Translations under genes and position numbers: made by a program
IMG/VR virus record: IMGVR_UViG_3300037851_000372
Location: 1 to 62,105 of that record
Origin: a virus
Taxonomy: Duplodnaviria > Caudoviricetes
Strand: one strand, 5' to 3'
Length of the DNA: 62,105 nt
The notes under the pieces: model-generated
Seen by the model: only the letters and a program-made list of their open reading frames with translations
Told to the model about the DNA's origin: nothing
The model's database searches: none
Shown here: positions 56,062-62,105 of the stretch, in pieces
Layout of the letters: the number at the start of each line of letters is the position of its first letter
Position numbering within the stretch: position 1 is the stretch's first letter

Positions 56062-56468
56062 TGTCGTTTCTTGCTCAGGTTGATACGAGTCTCAAACACA
56101 TCGACGAGACTGCAAATCTCATTCAGTCACATGGATGGGGGCTGACCGCGATCGCATTGATTGTGACGCTCATGCTGGTGTTATTCGCCATCAACATGAT
56201 TGACGCCCGCCGACGTGAGCAGAGGTACGTCGAGGAGAATCTGGCTCGCGAAAAGGACATGAAGGAACGCATTCGGTCGATGGAAGATCGGCAGTATGCG
56301 GAAATGAAGGGTATCGTGACTGGTTACCATCAGGCGCTCACTGAGCAGACTACCGTATGCCGTGAACTGAGTGTGGTGCTGAACGATACGAAAGATGAGC
56401 TTGCCGTCTTTCGGCAATTGCGGGAGCAGACCACATGCAAGCCGCCGTCTAAGAGAGAGCAGACGTGA
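56058..56468 (+). CDS. Holin-like protein (single TM plus coiled coil)
   Basis: GWGLTAIALIVTLMLVLF followed by RRREQR coiled coil. Confidence 0.55.
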   Translation: MMSFLAQVDTSLKHIDETANLIQSHGWGLTAIALIVTLMLVLFAINMIDARRREQRYVEENLAREKDMKERIRSMEDRQYAEMKGIVTGYHQALTEQTTVCRELSVVLNDTKDELAVFRQLREQTTCKPPSKREQT

Positions 56469-59400
56469 GCATTGAAGGGCTCATCAAACGTGGCAGTTTG
56501 AATCGACCGATCACAGCGGTTGAGCATGATGCCAATTTGGCCTTGATCGAAGCCGCGTTTGAAACCATCGAAGAGACGATTGCTGGTTTGGTCTTAGAAG
56601 GACCTGTGGTGAGCGTGGCCGGAAAGACGGGCGTTGTTCTCTTGGTGGCAGCGGACATTACGGACTTCACCGAGGCTGTTGAGGCTATTGTCGGCGAAGG
56701 TATTTCACTCCCGATTGAGATATCGGATGTGAACGGACTTGAGGATGCGCTGGAATCATCGGGTGCGGTATCGTCTGTTGCCGGTCGTACTGGGGATATA
56801 ATTCTTGTCGTTACGGATGTGTCTGGCGCTGTCGCCGATGACGACACTCGGCTGTCGGACGCGAGAACACCTACGTCGCATGTCCACGGCAATCTGACGA
56901 ACGACGGGAAGATTGGTTCTACTTCCGGGCTTCCTCTGAAAACTGGAATTGCTGGTGTGGTTGAGGTTGGTTCTTTCGGCACCGGCGCCACCGACTTCTG
57001 CGTCGGTAATGATTCCCGATTGTCAGATGCGAGAACACCGACAAGCCACGTTCACTCCGCCGACGATATCACGTCTGGTACACTTGGCATCGCTAGGATT
57101 CCGACTGGCACATCGTCGTCAACAGTGTGTATTGGCAATGATGCTCGGTTATCGGATGCCAGAACACCGACGAGCCACACTCACGGTAATCTGACTGATG
57201 TGGGTGCGATTGGTTCCACAGCGGGTCAGATTGTAGTCACGACCGCGTCCGGTGTGTTGACGACATCTGCTACGATTTCTGCATCGACGCAGGTATCTGG
57301 TTTGGCCGCATCTGCAATTACGGATACCACGAATGCAGCGAACATCACATCTGGAACGATTAGCACTGCACGTCTCGGCAGCGGCACAGCAAACTCATCG
57401 ACGTTTTTGCGTGGCGATCAGACGTGGGTGTCAAATCCAGGTGGCGATGCGTTGACCACCAATCCACTGAGTCAGTTTGCTTCCACGACGTCTGCTCAGT
57501 TGGCGGGTGTGATTTCCGACGAGACTGGTACGGGGGCTTTGGTGTTTGCCAACTCCCCAACGCTTGTGACTCCCACGGTGGGAACCGCGAGCGCCAACGA
57601 CAACTCGACTCGTGCGGCATCAACAGCATACGTTGACTCTGCCGTCGCTACTGCCGTTTCTGGGTTGCTTGATTTCAAGGGCAACCTAGATGCGAGCGAA
57701 GAGCCAAACTATCCCACAGCATCCCGTGGTGACACCTACTACATTTCAGTCGCTGGGAGGGTCGGTGGCGCATCCGGTAAGACGGTAGCGGTCGGCGATG
57801 CCCTCATTGCCAAGAACGACAACGCTGGCGGTACGGAAGCTTCAGTCGGTACTGATTGGTTTGTTCTCGAAAAGAATCTTGAAGGTGCCTTGCTTGCGGG
57901 AAATAATCTCAGTGATTTGACAAGCGCCGCTACCGCAAGGACAAATCTCGGGCTCGGATCGCTTGCAACTCAGTCTGGCACGTTTTCGGGAACGTCAAGC
58001 GGCACGAATACGGGTGACCAGACGATCACGCTGACGGGGGATGTCACAGGTAGTGGCACAGGATCGTTTGCCGCGACTCTAGCCAGTACCGCTGTGACTC
58101 CCGGTTCTTACGGCTCGGCTTCTGCGGTCGCCACGTTCACGGTAGATGCAAAAGGAAGATTGACGGCAGCGTCTACGACGAGCATCGCTATTTCTGCTGG
58201 GGCCGTGAGCGGGCTGGCAGCTATTGCAACGTCGGGGTCCGCAAGCGACCTGACTACAGGGACGGTCGGAATCGCGCGTATTCCAACAGGCACGTCGAAT
58301 ACTACAGTTTGCATTGGTGACGACTCTCGACTGAGCGACGCCCGAACACCTACATCGCACACCCACGGCAATATCACAAACGCCGGTGCGATCGGCAGTA
58401 CCGCGAACCTACCCATCATCACGATGACATCCGGTGTGTTGACCACCGGCTCATTCGGTACCTCTGCCAGCACTTTCTGCGAGGGAAATGATTCTCGGCT
58501 GTCAGATGCACGGACACCAACCAGTCACACCCACGGGAACATCACCAATGTTGGGGCGATTGGCGATCAGTCTAATCGGTTTGTCCGCACAGACACAGAC
58601 GGTGTGTTAGTCGCTGACGAGACGCTAGAGACGGACGGACTTGGCGTCTATACGCCATGGACATCAGGAGATGACCGGTATTTGCAAGCCGCTGGCACGC
58701 TGCGGCTATTTGATGGGACGTACACTACGACACTGTCACATAGTCCGACAGCGAATCGGCTGATTTGGCTACCGGATGCAGACGGTACTGTGGTGTTGGA
58801 TGTCGATGCCACTGCTACCCCAACGGCAGACGCGATTGTTCGTTACGACGGAAGTGGCAATTTGGTCACGGGCGGCATCCTCTATTTAGGCAGTGGTGGA
58901 GGATTAGGCCATGCCTCTACTGTGCCTCGTACATGGACGTTGCCGGATGCGACCGGAACTTTGATGCTCACGACAGATGCCCCAGCCAGCCACGTCCACG
59001 GAAACATTACCAATGCAGGTGCGATCGGCTCGACTAGCGGTCTGCCAATCAAGACTGGTACGAGCGGCGTGCTGGAAGCCGGGGCATTTGGTACTGGCTC
59101 CGGCCAGTTCTGCGAAGGTAATGATGCAAGACTGAGTGACGCCCGTACACCTACCAGCCACACCCACGGAAACATCACCAATGCTGGTGCCATCGGCAGT
59201 ACCGCGAATCTCCCTGTCATCACCACTACTTCGGGTGTTCTGACTGTTGGTGCATTTGGAACAGGTGCTACTGATTTCTGTGTCGGCAACGATTCCCGTC
59301 TGTCCGACTCCCGTGAATGGACGGCCGACACGGTAGACCAGTCCGAAGCCGAGACAGGCACAGCCACCACACGACGTGCATGGACTGCTCAAAGAGTACG

Positions 59401-59704
59401 GCAGGCCGCCGCCTCCGCATCATCACAGACATTCATCAATGCCACGGAGCCGACTGGAGACGACGGTGACTCGTGGCTCGATTCGGACACAGGCAAGCTC
59501 TACAAACTTTACGAAGGCGTGTGGATCGAGGTTGGGGCTGCTGGCGGTGGTGGTGGCGGCGGAGCCGTTTCAAGTGTGGCCGGTCGCACGGGTGACGTCG
59601 TATTAGCAGCGGAAGATATCGTCAGCGGAACGCTTGATGATGCTCGTCTATCGCAATCTGTAATCAATGCAACCAATCTCACCCTCTGGAGCATGTTTCA
59701 ATAA
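56465..59704 (+). CDS. Long fibre protein with RLSDARTPTSH repeats
   Basis: 1079 aa, Ser/Thr/Gly-rich; SVAGRTG, HTH and ARTNLGLG fibre motifs. Confidence 0.8.
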   Translation: MSIEGLIKRGSLNRPITAVEHDANLALIEAAFETIEETIAGLVLEGPVVSVAGKTGVVLLVAADITDFTEAVEAIVGEGISLPIEISDVNGLEDALESSGAVSSVAGRTGDIILVVTDVSGAVADDDTRLSDARTPTSHVHGNLTNDGKIGSTSGLPLKTGIAGVVEVGSFGTGATDFCVGNDSRLSDARTPTSHVHSADDITSGTLGIARIPTGTSSSTVCIGNDARLSDARTPTSHTHGNLTDVGAIGSTAGQIVVTTASGVLTTSATISASTQVSGLAASAITDTTNAANITSGTISTARLGSGTANSSTFLRGDQTWVSNPGGDALTTNPLSQFASTTSAQLAGVISDETGTGALVFANSPTLVTPTVGTASANDNSTRAASTAYVDSAVATAVSGLLDFKGNLDASEEPNYPTASRGDTYYISVAGRVGGASGKTVAVGDALIAKNDNAGGTEASVGTDWFVLEKNLEGALLAGNNLSDLTSAATARTNLGLGSLATQSGTFSGTSSGTNTGDQTITLTGDVTGSGTGSFAATLASTAVTPGSYGSASAVATFTVDAKGRLTAASTTSIAISAGAVSGLAAIATSGSASDLTTGTVGIARIPTGTSNTTVCIGDDSRLSDARTPTSHTHGNITNAGAIGSTANLPIITMTSGVLTTGSFGTSASTFCEGNDSRLSDARTPTSHTHGNITNVGAIGDQSNRFVRTDTDGVLVADETLETDGLGVYTPWTSGDDRYLQAAGTLRLFDGTYTTTLSHSPTANRLIWLPDADGTVVLDVDATATPTADAIVRYDGSGNLVTGGILYLGSGGGLGHASTVPRTWTLPDATGTLMLTTDAPASHVHGNITNAGAIGSTSGLPIKTGTSGVLEAGAFGTGSGQFCEGNDARLSDARTPTSHTHGNITNAGAIGSTANLPVITTTSGVLTVGAFGTGATDFCVGNDSRLSDSREWTADTVDQSEAETGTATTRRAWTAQRVRQAAASASSQTFINATEPTGDDGDSWLDSDTGKLYKLYEGVWIEVGAAGGGGGGGAVSSVAGRTGDVVLAAEDIVSGTLDDARLSQSVINATNLTLWSMFQ

Positions 59705-60084
59705 TGGCCTCGTCACCAGAATTTGCTGTTGTGCCTCGTATCGGTGTGGCGAATGTAGCCACTGCCGATTCCTCGTATACCGCGCCGTCAAGTGTCGGCA
59801 CTGTGCTGACGGCTGGAGCAAGCGGAACTCGAATCGAGGAGATTGTTGTCAAATGTGCGGCAACCTCGGCCGCCGCTCGCGTTCGGATATTTTTGTACGA
59901 CGGTTCCACGTATCACCTATTTGACGAGTATGCGGTCACGGCGGCGACGGCTTCCTCGACGGTATCGACATTCCGGCTGGCGACCGCGTACGCCAACCTC
60001 GTGCTCCCGTCGGGCTGGTCGTTACGCGCCACCACGTCCGTTTCACAATCGACGAACGTAATCGCGATCGGAGCCGATTTGTGA
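59704..60084 (+). CDS. Fibre-associated structural protein
   Basis: TAATG-coupled, beta-rich, ends IGADL. Confidence 0.6.
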   Translation: MASSPEFAVVPRIGVANVATADSSYTAPSSVGTVLTAGASGTRIEEIVVKCAATSAAARVRIFLYDGSTYHLFDEYAVTAATASSTVSTFRLATAYANLVLPSGWSLRATTSVSQSTNVIAIGADL

Positions 60085-60992
60085 ACCGCGGAATCTACCC
60101 ACTACCGGCCCGAGCATTGGGTTCCTGCCCTCGCGGCCGGCAGGGGGTATCTACCGCGCGACGGCTTGGTAAAGAGGTGTACCACGAGGAGGCGGTCGGC
60201 TGGGCGGATCGCATTCGGTCCGCAGGCGGCATGGCGTTACCCGATCGAGTTGTCAAGGTCGTGTCGGCATTGTGCCGCCGTATGGATGCGACAGGGCTGC
60301 GCCAGTATTTTTATCGCCTCAATCTCCTGATCGGCCTTGATCTCGTGTCATCCCTGACACCGCTATACCTCGGCCCGGTCTACGGTGGCACGACCTACGG
60401 CGGCGCGACCGATACCAACGTGGCGTCCAACTTCACGGCTGCTGATTTTTCGCTGGCGGCTGGCGGCAAAGGGAACGGCACAAGCAAATCCCTGAAGACA
60501 GAATTGCCAACGAACGTAAGTGGAATCGGTGATGCACAGTATTTGCATTTTGGGACTGGTGTGCTCGCGACAGACACGAGAACCCCTGGTTTGTATGCCT
60601 CGCTCGGAACATATCGCGGGGGGTGGCACGATCTGACGCTGTGCTTATGCCGAACAGGCGCGCGACCGCATGTCTCATTCGGCGAGTCCGATACGACGAC
60701 CGCCGCAGGTGTAATGGCCGACACCGTGGCGATCCGGGCCGGCAACCATATGTGCGCGTGGCCACATGCTTATTACAATGGTGTCCAGTATGGCGTTTCC
60801 GCCACGTTAGGAGACAGTCTGGCGTCAGGTGATTCATTTTTCGTATTTTCAACGGCGATCAATAACAGTCCTAGTTCATGGACTGACGCGAGGCTTGGTT
60901 GGTATAGCATCGGCCTGACGATGCCAGCCTCTGCTGTCTACGAGTTTGAGCGCATTATTCGAGCGTTCTATTTTGCGATTGGGAGAGCCTGA
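60081..60992 (+). CDS. Fibre-associated protein, possible lectin-like domain
   Basis: RLNL...L.P, GNGTSKSLKT and YSIG motifs; located between fibre genes. Confidence 0.55.
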   Translation: MNRGIYPLPARALGSCPRGRQGVSTARRLGKEVYHEEAVGWADRIRSAGGMALPDRVVKVVSALCRRMDATGLRQYFYRLNLLIGLDLVSSLTPLYLGPVYGGTTYGGATDTNVASNFTAADFSLAAGGKGNGTSKSLKTELPTNVSGIGDAQYLHFGTGVLATDTRTPGLYASLGTYRGGWHDLTLCLCRTGARPHVSFGESDTTTAAGVMADTVAIRAGNHMCAWPHAYYNGVQYGVSATLGDSLASGDSFFVFSTAINNSPSSWTDARLGWYSIGLTMPASAVYEFERIIRAFYFAIGRA

Positions 60993-60994
60993 CA

Positions 60995-62104
60995 ATGCCG
61001 CTGACATTCCCAGAATATCCAGAAATCGACGATGAGGTAACGACAGGGGGGAGAACGTATGTTTGGACCGGCGAGGCATGGGATCTGGTGCCGCCCGACG
61101 TCGTAACCAGTGTTGCCGGTCGCACGGGTGCAGTGGTGTTGGCCGTATCGGACGTGGCGGATGCTGTCGCCGATGATGACGCAAGGCTAAGTGACGCCAG
61201 GACGCCGACATCGCACGTCCACGGGAATCTGACTAATGACGGAAAGATTGGATCGACTGCTGGTCTGCCGCTGAAAACTGGCACAGCCGGTGTCGTCGAG
61301 TCAGGTGCATTTGGTACTGGCTCTGGCCAGTTCTGCGAGGGTAATGATTCGCGCCTAAGTGATAGCAGAACGCCGACATCGCACGTCCACGGAAACATCA
61401 CCAATGCTGGTGCGATTGGATCGACTGCGAATCTTCCCGTTATCACCACGACAAGCGGAGTTCTCACCACGGGGGCATTCGGTACAGGTGCTACTGATTT
61501 TTGTGTTGGAAATGATTCTCGATTGTCAGACGCCCGAACGCCGACATCTCATGTTCACGGGAACATCACCAATGCCGGGGCTATCGGCTCGACTACGAAT
61601 CTTCCTGTAATCACGACGACATCTGGCGTGCTGACAACGGGCTCGTTTGGCACGGCCGCCAATACGTTCTGTGAGGGCGACGACGAGCGACTGACGAATC
61701 CTCGGTGCGAGGTTTACGATTTTGAGTATTCGTCTGCCCCGTCTGGTGCAACTGGCGGAAGTGGCTCGTGGACGTGGACACTGCCGAGTGGTGTCCAGGC
61801 GGTCACGGTCATCGCGAGGGCTGGTGGTGGCGGTGCCGGCAGTGGTCGGCGAGGCGCAGCCGGAAGCAATCGGTACGGCGGACGTGCTGGTGGTGGCGGA
61901 TCAACCGCGATCGCGACGGTAGGCATCGATCAAATCACAAACACCACGTTGACTGTAGTGGTGGGCGCAGGGGGGACTGGCGGCGCGGCGGTAACGACGG
62001 ACGACACAAACGGCAATGCTGGGACAACCGGCGGAACCAGCTATGCGTCGGGCGGGATAATAATTGCTCGCGCGAGAAACGGTGGAGCAGCAGGAGCGGG
62101 CGGG
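60995..62104 (+). CDS. Second fibre protein, truncated at the window end
   Basis: Manual translation MPLTFPEYPEIDDEVTTGGRTYVWTGEAW...RLSDARTPTSHVHGN repeats, then a Gly-rich domain; no stop before the end. Confidence 0.8.
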   Translation, partial: MPLTFPEYPEIDDEVTTGGRTYVWTGEAWDLVPPDVVTSVAGRTGAVVLAVSDVADAVADDDARLSDARTPTSHVHGNLTNDGKIGSTAGLPLKTGTAGVVESGAFGTGSGQFCEGNDSRLSDSRTPTSHVHGNITNAGAIGSTANLPVITTTSGVLTTGAFGTGATDFCVGNDSRLSDARTPTSHVHGNITNAGAIGSTTNLPVITTTSGVLTTGSFGTAANTFCEGDDERLTNPRCEVYDFEYSSAPSGATGGSGSWTWTLPSGVQAVTVIARAGGGGAGSGRRGAAGSNRYGGRAGGGGSTAIATVGIDQITNTTLTVVVGAGGTGGAAVTTDDTNGNAGTTGGTSYASGGIIIARARNGGAAGAGG

Positions 62105-62105
62105 T

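Noticed and set aside
56800-61700. Repeats as a CRISPR array or DGR template/variable pair
   Set aside because: Repeats are in-frame protein modules with synonymous changes; no constant repeat-spacer pattern, no adenine-specific variation noticed, no reverse transcriptase
1-62105. Stop-codon reassignment
   Set aside because: Conserved genes are full length in code 11, and TGA, TAG and TAA all end genes at coupled junctions

Overview
A 62-kb fragment of a tailed dsDNA phage (Caudoviricetes, siphovirus-type tail). Essentially every credible gene is on the + strand, often with ATGA/TGATG overlaps. Order: neck/tail module with a -1 frameshifted chaperone and a short tape measure (0.5-10.2 kb); trypsin-like protease and four glycosyltransferases (10.2-14 kb); small early genes behind three related sigma70-like promoters (14.3-18 kb); SNF2 helicase, primase, an iteron-containing initiator behind a structured leader, and a DnaB-like helicase (18-23.5 kb); a complete 7-deazaguanine DNA-modification cluster queD, gat-queC, queE, folE, dpdA-like (24.4-28.6 kb); a phage replisome/recombination set (clamp, split UDG-exonuclease + PolA, clamp loader, SSB, RecA, 5'-3' exonuclease, RuvC, split Rad50 + Mre11; 29-41.8 kb); an accessory region with an MT-A70 methylase, two integron attC-like sites bracketing a 552-bp cassette, a RimI-like GNAT and a sigma gene broken by a 56-bp perfect palindrome (42-46.5 kb); terminase subunits; a papain-peptidase/membrane-protein block; and repeat-rich fibre genes that run off the end. 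No portal, capsid or integrase was recognised in the window. A Planctomycetota host is inferred, not shown. All calls come from motif reading by eye; no database search was run.
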